From IMG/VR virus record IMGVR_UViG_3300033233_000001, positions 186,001 through 250,000 of that record: a stretch of DNA of 64,000 bases; one strand, written 5' to 3'. The notes below the pieces were generated by a model, which saw only the letters and a program-made list of their open reading frames with translations, had not been told where the DNA came from and made no database searches. Shown one piece after another: positions 35,838 through 45,657 of the stretch; the first letter of the stretch is position 1; each line of letters begins with the position of its first letter. A program made the position numbers and the translations under genes.

Positions 35838-38290
35838 TACCCATCAATCCCGTCCTTCAGGACCCTTAGCCCGCCACCGCACATGATGGCTAGGAAGCCC
35901 TCGCTTCCGTCCTCCTGCGGCTGCGGCGAATAGATCGCGAGCATCTTCCCGTCCGGCGCACAGAGCAGCCAGCAGTCGCGCGCCGACTTCCGTGAGTCGA
36001 TCTCCTCGAACTCGCCATCGTTCCGGCGAAGCTCGCCTCCGAGATACTTGCCGAGTCGTGTCCATGCCTTCGGGTACGCACGCGGAGGCCGCGTCGTACC
36101 GTTCTTACGCACGTCATTCGGGTCAGCCAGCTGCGCGTTCTCGTAGAACAACACGCCCTTGCCAACCTCGTACGGCTGATCCTCGCTCTTGCCGTGCAGG
36201 TGCTTGTAGTCGATGTCCTTGCCGTCGGCGTACCACTTGTCGGTTCTGTAGCTCACCGACAGCGCATCGCCGATGCAGACGAGACGCGCAGGCGGCTCGT
36301 GCCCGACGTCGACGACCTCAAGCGGCTTCTTCGAGTGGAACGTCTCGTACTTGTCCATCGCGGCGTCGATGTCATGACCGCGAGCGCCGCTGAACCTGTC
36401 CGGATCGACCTCTCGGCCTGCGACGCGCCCCATCACGCCCGGCCCAAGCCTGCGCTCCTCTGTCTCTCCGGTGCGATTCCGCCACAGCGGCTTGCTGATG
36501 CGCTTGGCACCCGGATGCCCGCTCGTGCGCTTGCCGTTTGCCGCCGGTCGGCTCGTGCGCTTGGTGACCAGCGTCCCGTTCGGACGGCTCGTGCGCTTCG
36601 CATCCACCGGCCGGCTCACGCGCTTCGGCGGCCGAGAGCGGCGCTTCTCTTGGATCTGCGCGTTGATCTGGAACCGATCGCCGTCGGACTCGTCGCGCGC
36701 GACCACGCGCGCGATCTCCTCGACCTGCTCGGGACTCGCGTCGGCGCCCTCGGTGTTCACGCGCATCGCGGTCCGCAGATGTGACAGCGGGTTGTTTTCC
36801 ATGGTCGATCCTTCCGGCGGCGCACTGCCGCCAGGCCGCTTCAGCCGGCTCACTCGCTTCTTCTTCGGCTCTTCCGGGCCAACAGGAGTCACACGGCTCA
36901 GTTCGGTTTCCTTCTGGCCCCGGAACTCGCCGTGCTTCTTGATCGTGGCCTTTACCCGTACGTGCTTCCCAGCGGCTTCAGACGGCCGGAAGTCCTCGAA
37001 CGGCCAGCTGGAACCGAACCACTTGAAGGCGTACTTGGCAGCATCGCCGGTGCCACGGAAGGAGCAGAGGTACGTCGTGCCGTAGTTACCCTCGATCGGC
37101 CGCACGCCGAGCATGTCGAGTTCCAGCACGATGCGCTCGTCGACGGTTCCGAAGTGCCCGTCGACTACGTCTCCTCGTACCTTCTCGGCTTCGCGCGCCA
37201 TCGCGCGCTGATATCCGGAAGCCAGGGACGCGACCACGCCTGCGCTCCGACCGGTCACGACGCCTGACAGCAGTGCCTGCCGCACGTTGTAGCCGTAGTC
37301 GGTCAGCGTCGTGACGTCCGCGTCGACGAACTCCTTCGTCGCCCACTCGATCGTACGCTTGGCGGCCTCGTGCTCCTGCGGATCTGGCTGCTGCTTCTTC
37401 GCGACCTCGAACCCGAGTTGTCCCCGGCGGCTGGGCATGCAGATGTCCCAGGCCTCGTCGGCCGTCGAGCGCTTGCCGCCTCCGCTCTCGTACGCCACCG
37501 ATCGCGACACCCAGCCGTACTTCGAGATCACGTGGATGACGACTGCGAGGTACTCCTCGATATCGACAGCCATCGTGAGGCGGCTCGCTCCGCCGCCCAG
37601 GCCCTCCCAGTCCTCCATGCCGCGCGCGAGGTCGAAGATCGCGAACAGCGTTTCAGCAACATCCGCGATTTTCTTCGGGTCACCATGACCGCCCAGGAAG
37701 TCCGTCAGACACGTCCTGCCCACCGCCGCGTACTTACCATCCTCATGCGCGAGCACGAAGACAGTAGCTCGATCCCTCTTGGTCAAGCAGTGATCACACC
37801 GCGTCGGCTCGACTGTGCGGAACTCTGCCGGCAACACCTCGTCGGGCACGACGCGCAGCCAGGGCCCGCCGTGCGCCTGCTCCTCGTCGTAGTCGAGACA
37901 CGCGATGAGCCGCCAACCCTTGAGGCGCGGCTCCTCGCCCGCAACGAGCACGGGTGTCACCTCGCTCTTGATCGTGCGCTTCTGCTCCGTGTACGCGGTG
38001 CCGCCGTACGCGCCTTCGATCGCCTTGAGCGTCGTCGACGGCACGTTCGTGTAGTACGGCTCGCCCTTCTCGAACACGAGCGGCTTCAGCCCGAGGCGCC
38101 GTGTCCGCTTCTGGAGCTTCTCGATCGCGTGCGAGAGCGCCTGTAGCTTCATCGCCGGGATCCAAAACAGCCCGACCTTGTAGCCGCCCGCTTCGAGCGC
38201 AGCTTTCCGCTCGACGAGGCGCGGGTCATCGCGCTTCTCCATCTTGTCGTCGGAGACGTTCGAGCGCAGGGCTGCGGACGTGTAACTCAT
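35837..38290 (-). CDS. 817-aa multidomain protein: MSY leader, Zn/OB-like phage domain, KRTSR repeats, C-terminal domain
   Basis: CDHC...VGRTCL.DFLG; GHFGTV...FKW...KATIKKH; five KR(T/V/I)S repeats. Confidence 0.8.
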   Translation of the reverse strand: MSYTSAALRSNVSDDKMEKRDDPRLVERKAALEAGGYKVGLFWIPAMKLQALSHAIEKLQKRTRRLGLKPLVFEKGEPYYTNVPSTTLKAIEGAYGGTAYTEQKRTIKSEVTPVLVAGEEPRLKGWRLIACLDYDEEQAHGGPWLRVVPDEVLPAEFRTVEPTRCDHCLTKRDRATVFVLAHEDGKYAAVGRTCLTDFLGGHGDPKKIADVAETLFAIFDLARGMEDWEGLGGGASRLTMAVDIEEYLAVVIHVISKYGWVSRSVAYESGGGKRSTADEAWDICMPSRRGQLGFEVAKKQQPDPQEHEAAKRTIEWATKEFVDADVTTLTDYGYNVRQALLSGVVTGRSAGVVASLASGYQRAMAREAEKVRGDVVDGHFGTVDERIVLELDMLGVRPIEGNYGTTYLCSFRGTGDAAKYAFKWFGSSWPFEDFRPSEAAGKHVRVKATIKKHGEFRGQKETELSRVTPVGPEEPKKKRVSRLKRPGGSAPPEGSTMENNPLSHLRTAMRVNTEGADASPEQVEEIARVVARDESDGDRFQINAQIQEKRRSRPPKRVSRPVDAKRTSRPNGTLVTKRTSRPAANGKRTSGHPGAKRISKPLWRNRTGETEERRLGPGVMGRVAGREVDPDRFSGARGHDIDAAMDKYETFHSKKPLEVVDVGHEPPARLVCIGDALSVSYRTDKWYADGKDIDYKHLHGKSEDQPYEVGKGVLFYENAQLADPNDVRKNGTTRPPRAYPKAWTRLGKYLGGELRRNDGEFEEIDSRKSARDCWLLCAPDGKMLAIYSPQPQEDGSEGFLAIMCGGGLRVLKDGIDG

Positions 38291-38612
38291 CGACGCCTTC
38301 TACTCGTACGCTTCCGGCGCCGATTCGCCTTCGGCAGCGGCCGCGCGAATCCCTGGATCAACGCCAGCGACAAGGTCACTGGCCACAGGCCCCCCCCATC
38401 CACCAGAGAATCCCCCAGCCAAGCGAGTCATTGTGCCTCTTGTAGCCGTGGTAGCCGAGCGGCAGCGCTGAGAGCATGCCGAGGCGATAGACCATGAATG
38501 CCATGTCCGTCTGTGAGACGCCCGCGCGAGACATGCTCTCTGAGAAGGACGTTGGCGCCGTTGATGGATAGGCCATCGGGGCGGAGCCGCCCCCTCCGCT
38601 CAATGAGTGCAT
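38287..38612 (-). pseudogene. Membrane protein frameshifted at a G8 run (38390-38397)
   Basis: One extra G gives WWMGGGLWP...KANRRRKRTSRRRR* with the stop overlapping ATG 38290; paralog of 61152. Confidence 0.75.
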
Positions 38613-38938
38613 CAGCCGTACTCCTTTAGCCACCACCACATCAGCCCGGCTCCGACGGCCGCGCCGATCGCGTACTTCACGACGCTGCTATCGCCCGGCT
38701 CGTCGAGCCCGAGAGGCAGCCCGCCGGCACGGCGGATCTCGCCGCGCGCCATATGATCGTACCCGACGAAGCGCGTCCCGCCCGGAAGCGTCTTGACCTG
38801 TGTGTCCGGGTCAGCGCCGATGGGCCCGACCTTCGCCGGCCGAGGCGGCTTCGGATCGTCGCCGACCGAGACAGGCGTGCTGTCTTGGTAAACAGCGTAC
38901 GCGTTCTTGTCCCAGTTCCACACCGAATAGAGAGCCAC
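38612..38938 (-). CDS. Small membrane protein
   Basis: GGAGG RBS + GTG; PLGL; C-terminal TM. Confidence 0.7.
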   Translation of the reverse strand: MALYSVWNWDKNAYAVYQDSTPVSVGDDPKPPRPAKVGPIGADPDTQVKTLPGGTRFVGYDHMARGEIRRAGGLPLGLDEPGDSSVVKYAIGAAVGAGLMWWWLKEYG

Positions 38939-38946
38939 GATGCCTC

Positions 38947-39150
38947 CTAAGCTGCCGTCCGGCGTTCTCGCCTCGCGCTCACGTACACCGGCACCGCCTG
39001 CTTCGCGTACTCCTCGATCCGGAACAGCGTCTTCCCGCTCTGGTCGAAGGCGCGCACGACGACAGGATAGCGCGACCTGCTGTCGACGAGCCAGTGGAAT
39101 TCGTGGCTCTTGGACGCTGCGATCCGCGTGCTCATCATCGCGCCGCTCAA
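38947..39150 (-). pseudogene. Orphan C-terminal gene fragment left of the putative inversion
   Basis: Native codon usage only from about 39150 downward. Confidence 0.4.
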
Positions 39151-39184
39151 AGCGCACCAGCAGGAGAGCGTCTCGGCGCTAGCC

Positions 39185-39698
39185 ATGTCTCGTCGCCGCA
39201 CCAGCCGCAGGCCACGTCGTACGTCGCGGAACCCGCGCCGCAACGTGACGCCTATCTTGAGTGCTGTCCAGCACGAATGGATGCGTGCCGAGGTCGTTGG
39301 CGCGCTTACGTCGAAGTGGAAGCGCACGAATGCTGTCGTGCGGGCCGTGCAACGTCGCTACTCCTGGGCACCAGAGAAGGAGTTGTGGCACATCATCAAC
39401 GTCTTGCAGGATGACGGTCTCGCGGAAACGCGCTCGGTGCGGGATGCTGAGGGTGTGTTCCGTGGCGAAGTGCGGGCGGCCAAGGCAGTCTCGAACCCGC
39501 GCGGTCGCATGGGCGCGTCCAAGGAATTCGCAGTCTACGACGCGATCGCCTCCGTGCGTGCCGAGCATCCGGCCGAGCAGCTGGGATTTCTGCCGCCGGG
39601 CTTGGCCGGCAAGCTCAAGGGCAAGCCGCCGGGTCTCTACTCGTACGGCTTCGGCCAGCGCGGCGAGTCGCTGCGGCCGTACAAGACCGACAGCTTTG
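39185..39698 (+). pseudogene. Basic-tagged domain segment lying on the opposite strand (inverted block)
   Basis: MSRRRTSRRPRRTSRNPRRN; native codons until about 39694, then reads antisense into the neighbour. Confidence 0.55.
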
Positions 39699-40219
39699 TT
39701 CGCTCGCGGCCTGACACGCACGACCTTGATGCCGAACAGCCGCAGCGCGCGGTCCTTCACGGCATCGAAGTCGTCCTCGTAGCCGAGCACGGCCTTGTGC
39801 CACTGGTCCCGGCCGGCGCTGTCCAGTCGCCGCATGACCTTGGCGATCGCGTCCCAAGCATCCGCCGCGCGCACCGTCTGGACAACCGCATTCTTCGCCG
39901 GCCGCTCGAACACGTCGAACGTACCTCCAGAGAAAGCGCCGCCCACCGGCCACCAGAGCCTCCCATGCTTGCCGCCTGCGAGCACAAAGAGGTAGTTCCG
40001 CGTATCGTTGTGCTTGAACGCCAGCGAGCCGTCCTCGTTCTGGTGCATCAGCTGGAACTCGTCGGCTTTTGCGTACCGGCGCCCGCCCTTCTCGGTCGGC
40101 ACTGAGTGCTCGCCGAGCGCGCGCTCTAGTCGCCCGAAGGCCGCGTCGATCTCGACGCGCGTGAACTCGTACTTCGGGTTTCGGCGCAGTCGCCTGCCTG
40201 TCCTCGCTCTACGCTTCAT
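39693..40219 (-). pseudogene. Basic-tagged multidomain gene, native frame ends at the inversion junction
   Basis: MKRRARTGRRLRRNP...RPRANK, then non-native codons. Confidence 0.55.
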
Positions 40220-41217
40220 CGGCGCCTCCGACTCGTCCGCTTCTTCTTGCGCCGACTGTTCCGCCGTGGGTGCATCGTCAGGTACAACCCGGTCTGCTTC
40301 TCGAAGACGTCGATCAGCTGGTCGCTGTAGATGTCGTCGAACGCCTTGACCAGCATGGCATTCGCGCCACGCACCCACCAGAACTCGACACGGTACGTGT
40401 CCGATGGCTCCAGCTTGATGACGAGCTTGTTGCCGGTCTCACGACGGCCGGCGAATCCGAACTGCAAGCCGTTCTCGATCGTGTAGATGTTCTTCGCGTT
40501 GAGCATCACCCGAAGCCGGCCGACGCCGCCAAGCTGCTGCGCGATGATGTTGCCGACGTCAGTGACGGCGTTTCGACGACTCTTTCTCCGACGATTGCGC
40601 GCGACCTTCGCCGCATACGCAACTGCCTCCGCCTCCGGCAACCAAGTAGTCCGATCTCGACCTTTCGTCGTGAAACGCACGCCGTAAATCGGACGTCCGC
40701 TGTCGTCCGCATCGACGCGAGAGATCGTCGCGGCCGTGTCAGCACGCAGGCGCCCCATGCCGATCCGATGGCCAGCCGGAAGCACGAGAGACTGGCCAAT
40801 GGCTAGCGCAGGATTCGCTGCCAGCCCCATGTCGATCGGCACGCCGCGAAACGCCTTCTTCGCGTGCTCGAACGCTGCCTCGCGCGAGACGAAGGCGCGC
40901 TCTCGCTTGTATGGCCCGCGTCGCCACGTGTCCGACTGCGCGCCATGATGCAACTGCACGTACCAAGCGTACTTGCCATGCTCGATCGTGATCTTGTCGG
41001 GCTTGGCCGTGTTCTTCCGGATCCGCGCTTCCTGCATCAGCTGGTACACGCGGCGCACTTCGGTCTTCGCTTTCGCGATGGCCGCGTCGTCGCCGGCCTT
41101 CTCTGCCTGCCGCTGCTCGAAGTTCACGCGATCCCAGTCGCCGTAGAGGTCATTACGCGTGAGCACGCGTCGTCGCGACGTCCTGCGCTTTGGCTTTCCG
41201 CTGGTTCGCTTGGTCAT
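40216..41217 (-). CDS. Basic-tagged polyprotein of small domains
   Basis: Tags at both ends; internal RN/KN/AN boundaries; last domain IAQQLGG...SDTYRVEF...DIYSDQL..FEKQTGL. Confidence 0.85.
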   Translation of the reverse strand: MTKRTSGKPKRRTSRRRVLTRNDLYGDWDRVNFEQRQAEKAGDDAAIAKAKTEVRRVYQLMQEARIRKNTAKPDKITIEHGKYAWYVQLHHGAQSDTWRRGPYKRERAFVSREAAFEHAKKAFRGVPIDMGLAANPALAIGQSLVLPAGHRIGMGRLRADTAATISRVDADDSGRPIYGVRFTTKGRDRTTWLPEAEAVAYAAKVARNRRRKSRRNAVTDVGNIIAQQLGGVGRLRVMLNAKNIYTIENGLQFGFAGRRETGNKLVIKLEPSDTYRVEFWWVRGANAMLVKAFDDIYSDQLIDVFEKQTGLYLTMHPRRNSRRKKKRTSRRRR

Positions 41218-41226
41218 CGTCTGACC

Positions 41227-41730
41227 TCAGAAGTAGAGCCCGCCGCCGTTCCAGCGCTCCATGATCTCGTCGAGCACGGCCTGCTCTTGCTCTCGGTCGG
41301 TGGCGTCCGGATCGGGCTCGTCGAGCTTCGGGATGCTTCGGCCACGCTTCGGATGCTTCTTGAGTAGAGCGTCGAGATCCCTCACGTGCATGTACGTGCC
41401 CGACTCCTGCTCCGCCTTGCCCTCCAGGATCATCTCGTTCAGCTGCTCGCGAAGGTCGTCGTCGTCCGCCACCTTCGGCGTCTCGCCATAGTCGAAATCG
41501 ATGAAGGTCAGTTCGTAGCTGGGCGTGATCTCTGCGACGTGAACATGCTTGTTCTTGTCGTACGCGTACACGCCGAAGATCTCGGTCGTCATGGCCTTGA
41601 TGTCGTCGCGCCAATGCTGGCGCTCGTCGAGCTTCACCAGACGCCAGTCTGGCTTTATCTCGGCCGGGTTGCGACGCACCGGCTTACGACTACCGCGCTT
41701 CGGCTTCCTGCTGGTCCTCTTCTTCGCCAT
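41227..41730 (-). CDS. Basic-tagged acidic protein (merged with the upstream gene in the ORF track)
   Basis: TGA-GGAGAAGG-ATG; MAKKRTSRKPKRGSRKPVRRNP. Confidence 0.7.
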   Translation of the reverse strand: MAKKRTSRKPKRGSRKPVRRNPAEIKPDWRLVKLDERQHWRDDIKAMTTEIFGVYAYDKNKHVHVAEITPSYELTFIDFDYGETPKVADDDDLREQLNEMILEGKAEQESGTYMHVRDLDALLKKHPKRGRSIPKLDEPDPDATDREQEQAVLDEIMERWNGGGLYF

Positions 41731-41740
41731 GACCTTCTCC

Positions 41741-42891
41741 TCAGTTCGCCACGAGCCGCGCCGCCTTCCGATGCCGGATGCCCTTGTGCTTCGCCGTCTG
41801 CGCGTGAGCCAGTCGGTACCCAGGCCATCCTTCCGCCACACGGCAGGGTAGTGCTTCATGATGAAACTGCGGATCGCCATGTAGTCGCCCGCGTTGCGCA
41901 CGCGTCCCATTCGGATGTACTTGATGGCGTCGCGCGCGCCCTGCGCGCTCTCGATCGGCCACGCGCGGTCCTTGGGGAACACGAACTTCGATGCTGGCAG
42001 CTTCGTGCGGCGCTTCTTCGAGAGACGCGGATTGTAGTAGAAGGTCTGGTTCGGACGCGACCGTCGTCGACCGTTCGACGCCACGGATGCGAGCATGGCG
42101 CGCGCCTGTCGCACGATACAATCGTCGCCGTGGCCGCACGGGCCACCGGGCGCGATCGGGCCGCGTCCATGGGAGTGGTCTCCGGTCGCTTCGTAGGCGG
42201 CGAGCGCGGTACGGATCGACACCGGATCGCCCGCCTCCATCGCCCGCACGAGGGCTTTGAACGCGGCGTGCTTTTCTGCGACGCGTGAGGGCGGGTTCCG
42301 GCGAGACGTGCGCTTGCCGTCGCGCATCGGCATCTCGGCGATGCTGGCGTTCGGGTACGCCCTCTTCGCGCGCGAGCGCCTCTTGCCCTTGAGGCCCCGC
42401 GACGAGCGCCGACGCCAGCCGTTCTTGCGCGACCGCCTCTTGCTACGATTCGCGGTCGCGGCCTTCGCCTTCGGCTTCTTGGTCACCATGAACGCCACGC
42501 CGATGACGCCTAGAACGCCAACCGCGCCAAGCACCGGCCAGTACCACTCGGTAGCGCTCGGCTCGACGTAGGGCGCGACGGGCCCGGCCGGCGGCGTCGC
42601 CGTCTGCCCGCCCTGCGTGGCCGTGATGATGCTCGCCGCGATCGTGCCTGCCGTCGTCAGCCCCGTGCTGACGTCCTGCGCCGTGTGGTCAGGCGCGCCG
42701 GGCTTGGTCTGACCGAGACCCATCATGCCGGCAAAGAGGTCGCGTGCGGGAGTCCGACCAAGGCCAGCCGCGCCCCACACCGGCGCATGCACGGGGATAA
42801 CGCGCGCGGTCACGCCCCTCGCCGTCACGCCCCTGGCCGTCACGCCACGGTACGCCCAGCCCAAACCGTTCATCGGTGCTCGGTAACTCAT
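41741..42891 (-). CDS. MSY-GLG membrane protein with basic linkers and extra domains; probable 1-nt frameshift near 41809
   Basis: GVTAR x3, GLG x3, TM; LP.SKFVFP..R.WPI domain; alternative frame ends KAARLVAN*. Confidence 0.65.
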
Positions 42892-43568
42892 TACCTTCTC
42901 CTCCGGCTACGCCGGTTTTGCTGCATCTCGCCCTGACGGCGCCGGTACAAAAAGAACCCCAGTCCGCCCACGATCGCCACGACTCCGACGACCCCAGTGA
43001 CCGCAAGCGCCGTCGTCATCGCCGCGGCTGCGGCGCCCTCGCTCTCTGGTGGCGGCGGACCCGAACTCGACGTCACGGGCGGCGCGCCCGTCGGCATCGG
43101 CGGCGGCGGCGGCACCGTGCCAGTAGGATACACGTAGAGGTTCGTGCCCATCGGCATGTTGACGCGGAAGCGCGTCATGACGATCTGCGACTGCGGACTG
43201 ATGCGCTGCGCACTCTGAAGGAGTGCGTCACGTACCATCGTCGCGTACTGCACCGCGGGCTGCGACGACAGCGGCCGCCATCGCGCATAGACGTAGCCGC
43301 CCGCGACCCACCGAATGTCGTCGACCACGTTACTCGTTGCGGTCAGCGCCGAGCGCACGTTGTCGATCACGCCGAGCGCTGCCTGCTCTCTGTTGACGTT
43401 CCGGACCACCAGGTTCGCGTCGAGCCATGGCACCGTCACGTGGGGTCCGAGCAGCCCCATCGCAGGCACGCCGGAGCCGACAGTGAACGACTGCACTGTC
43501 GCCGTGTTGCCCGACGGAATCGGACTCGGTGTCGTTCCGGCCAACGCCTGCGGCTGCCGGTAGCTCAT
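42891..43568 (-). CDS. MSY membrane protein
   Basis: MSYRQPQALAG, Pro-rich linker, TM, NRRSRRRR. Confidence 0.8.
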   Translation of the reverse strand: MSYRQPQALAGTTPSPIPSGNTATVQSFTVGSGVPAMGLLGPHVTVPWLDANLVVRNVNREQAALGVIDNVRSALTATSNVVDDIRWVAGGYVYARWRPLSSQPAVQYATMVRDALLQSAQRISPQSQIVMTRFRVNMPMGTNLYVYPTGTVPPPPPMPTGAPPVTSSSGPPPPESEGAAAAAMTTALAVTGVVGVVAIVGGLGFFLYRRRQGEMQQNRRSRRRR

Positions 43569-44260
43569 GACCGCCTGCCTTCCAACTTGCGGCGACGACC
43601 GCGACGACGCTTGCGGCGCCGTGGATTCCGACGCGTAGCCGCCGACGCGACTCCTGCCGGACTCCAGGCAACCGCAACCTTGCTCAGCGAGTACACGATT
43701 CCGGTCGTCAACAGAAGCCCGCCGCCGCCGATCAACGCCCACTGCCAGATGGGCAGGCCGAAGGGTCGCGGCTCCCGGTACTCGACTCCGACGGGCCCGA
43801 TGCCAGGCGGCGTCGGCTCGTGACCGGTTGCACGAAATCTCTCCTCGAACCGATTGTGTCGACCAGCAGCCTCTCGTGCGGCCAGCACCGCAGCGCTGCT
43901 CGACGTCGAGCCAACCCACGGAGCGTGGTACTGCCGCCACGTCGACAGGAAGCTCTCCGAGAACGAGCCGTACTCGCTCCGCAGCGGATTGCTGGCCGGA
44001 AGAGTTCTGGTGATATCCGTGTTCAGCTGCGAAATCGCGTTCAAGAGCACATTGTAGAACGCAGAGACCTCCGCGGCTGTCCAGAGCGTGTAGTCCGGAA
44101 TGGTGACCGCGCCGAGGCTCTCTTCGTAGCCGCGCGGCACTCGGCCCGCGCGCTCCTCGGCCACGATGTACCGGCCGCCGCCTGGACGGAGGAACGTGTG
44201 GCTAGGAACGTAGCCGCCAGGGCGCTGCCTCGTTCCTGAAGTAAGTGCTCGGTACGTCAT
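43565..44260 (-). CDS. MTY membrane protein with basic tail
   Basis: SLGA, GLPIWQW TM, RRNPRRRKRR. Confidence 0.8.
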   Translation of the reverse strand: MTYRALTSGTRQRPGGYVPSHTFLRPGGGRYIVAEERAGRVPRGYEESLGAVTIPDYTLWTAAEVSAFYNVLLNAISQLNTDITRTLPASNPLRSEYGSFSESFLSTWRQYHAPWVGSTSSSAAVLAAREAAGRHNRFEERFRATGHEPTPPGIGPVGVEYREPRPFGLPIWQWALIGGGGLLLTTGIVYSLSKVAVAWSPAGVASAATRRNPRRRKRRRGRRRKLEGRRS

Positions 44261-44272
44261 GACGCTCGAATC

Positions 44273-44956
44273 CTAGACGGCCTCGACCCGAAGGTCGACC
44301 TCGGTGCCGCGCTGAAGCGACTTGTTGTAGGCCCGGCGCGCGAAGGCCGCGGCCGCCGCTTCCGAGGGCGACCGCACGACCAGCGTCGGCAGCGCCTGTT
44401 TACGCATTGCGCGCTGCGTACCGTGCGTCGCGAGGCCTCGGACTACGAAGACGCGCCGGCCGGTCGAGAGAATCGCGGCGGCCTCGGGGGTGCCGTCGAC
44501 GGCCGCGCGGCTCGCGTTACGCTGCATCGCCGGCATCTGAAGCGTCTTGCTCACGGCACGCTGCGTCGGCACCCGTTCCGTCCTGGCCTCGCCGAGTGCC
44601 ATCTGGTGATCCCAGGTCTTCATCCGATCGATGCCCTCGTAGGCCGCCATCTTCCACTCGTGCGTCCAGACCTTCGGTAGCGGCTTCCAGCGATCGATGT
44701 CGGCGGCGACCGCGACGCGTACGCCCGGCACGTGCTCCCAGCCGAAGTACGCGACCGACTCGGCTTCCTGGCGCGTTCGTTGGTTCGGCACGCCGCTGAA
44801 CATGAGCTTGCCGGCTCTGTCGTAGAAGGCGTAGCCCCAGTTCTCGCGCTTGAAGAGGTCACCGAAGAAGCCGTTGCGGCGCGGCCGACTCGTCCGACGC
44901 GCGGGAGCGCGGCGACTGGTCCTCTTTGGCTTGCGGCTTGTACGCTTCACGATCAT
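44273..44956 (-). CDS. Basic-tagged two-domain protein
   Basis: MIVKRTSRKPKRTSRR..RRNG; internal QRN boundary. Confidence 0.8.
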   Translation of the reverse strand: MIVKRTSRKPKRTSRRAPARRTSRPRRNGFFGDLFKRENWGYAFYDRAGKLMFSGVPNQRTRQEAESVAYFGWEHVPGVRVAVAADIDRWKPLPKVWTHEWKMAAYEGIDRMKTWDHQMALGEARTERVPTQRAVSKTLQMPAMQRNASRAAVDGTPEAAAILSTGRRVFVVRGLATHGTQRAMRKQALPTLVVRSPSEAAAAAFARRAYNKSLQRGTEVDLRVEAV

Positions 44957-45657
44957 CACCAAACCAGCATCACGTCCTGCGGCCGGAACCACAGCGACTT
45001 GCCAGAGCGGTCTAGCTTGACGCGCACCGCGCCATCCTTCTTGCGCACGCTCGTAACGTTGCCAAAGCGGTCGCCCATCATCCAGCGGTCGGTTCCTGGA
45101 TGCAGCTGGACGCGGTCGCCTTTGGCGTGGTTCGCACGCATGCGGCGGACCTTGCGCTTCGGGTTCCGACTCGTGCGCCGTCGCGGATTCCTCGCGTACG
45201 GCGTCCCTTCCTCGTCGCCCTTCTCGGACAGGAACCGCTGCCACGCGTCCTTCGCCTTCGCACCCGTCATCACGCGCTTGGTCGACGGCCAGTAGAGCAC
45301 CTCGTCGCCCCGGCGTACCTTGTTGCCCTCGTCATCGACGCTGTCGAAACGCGCGGTGATCCAACGCGGGTCGCCACCGTAGCTGCGGCCGTAGCCGTTC
45401 CGATGGAGGCGCATCTCGGCCATGGCCCGGTCGACCTCGCCGGCACGCACAACCCTAGCGTCCACGACGCGAGCGCCCGACGCGCCAGCCACCAGCTTGG
45501 CGAGCTTCGCCTTGGACGGCGCGCCCCACTTCTGAAGCCATGAATCCTTCGAGACGCGCCCGTGCTCGTCGCGCGCCACGATGAACCACTTCACCTCGTA
45601 GCTGCGGCCGTTGCGGCGACTCGTGCGCTTCGGCTTCTTGCTGGTTCGCTTGGTCAT
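44956..45657 (-). CDS. Basic-tagged three-domain protein
   Basis: MTKRTSKKPKRTSRRNG; HRNG; ARNPRRRTSRNP..RAN; SH3-like last domain. Confidence 0.85.
   Translation of the reverse strand: MTKRTSKKPKRTSRRNGRSYEVKWFIVARDEHGRVSKDSWLQKWGAPSKAKLAKLVAGASGARVVDARVVRAGEVDRAMAEMRLHRNGYGRSYGGDPRWITARFDSVDDEGNKVRRGDEVLYWPSTKRVMTGAKAKDAWQRFLSEKGDEEGTPYARNPRRRTSRNPKRKVRRMRANHAKGDRVQLHPGTDRWMMGDRFGNVTSVRKKDGAVRVKLDRSGKSLWFRPQDVMLVW

Noticed and set aside
39110-40378. Two long fully overlapping antiparallel genes
   Set aside because: Each looks native only in its first half; better explained by an inversion junction.
41227-42891. Single 554-aa fusion protein from the ORF track
   Set aside because: Codon usage shifts frame near 41809, and a TGA-RBS-ATG precedes MAKKRTSR; two genes are more likely.
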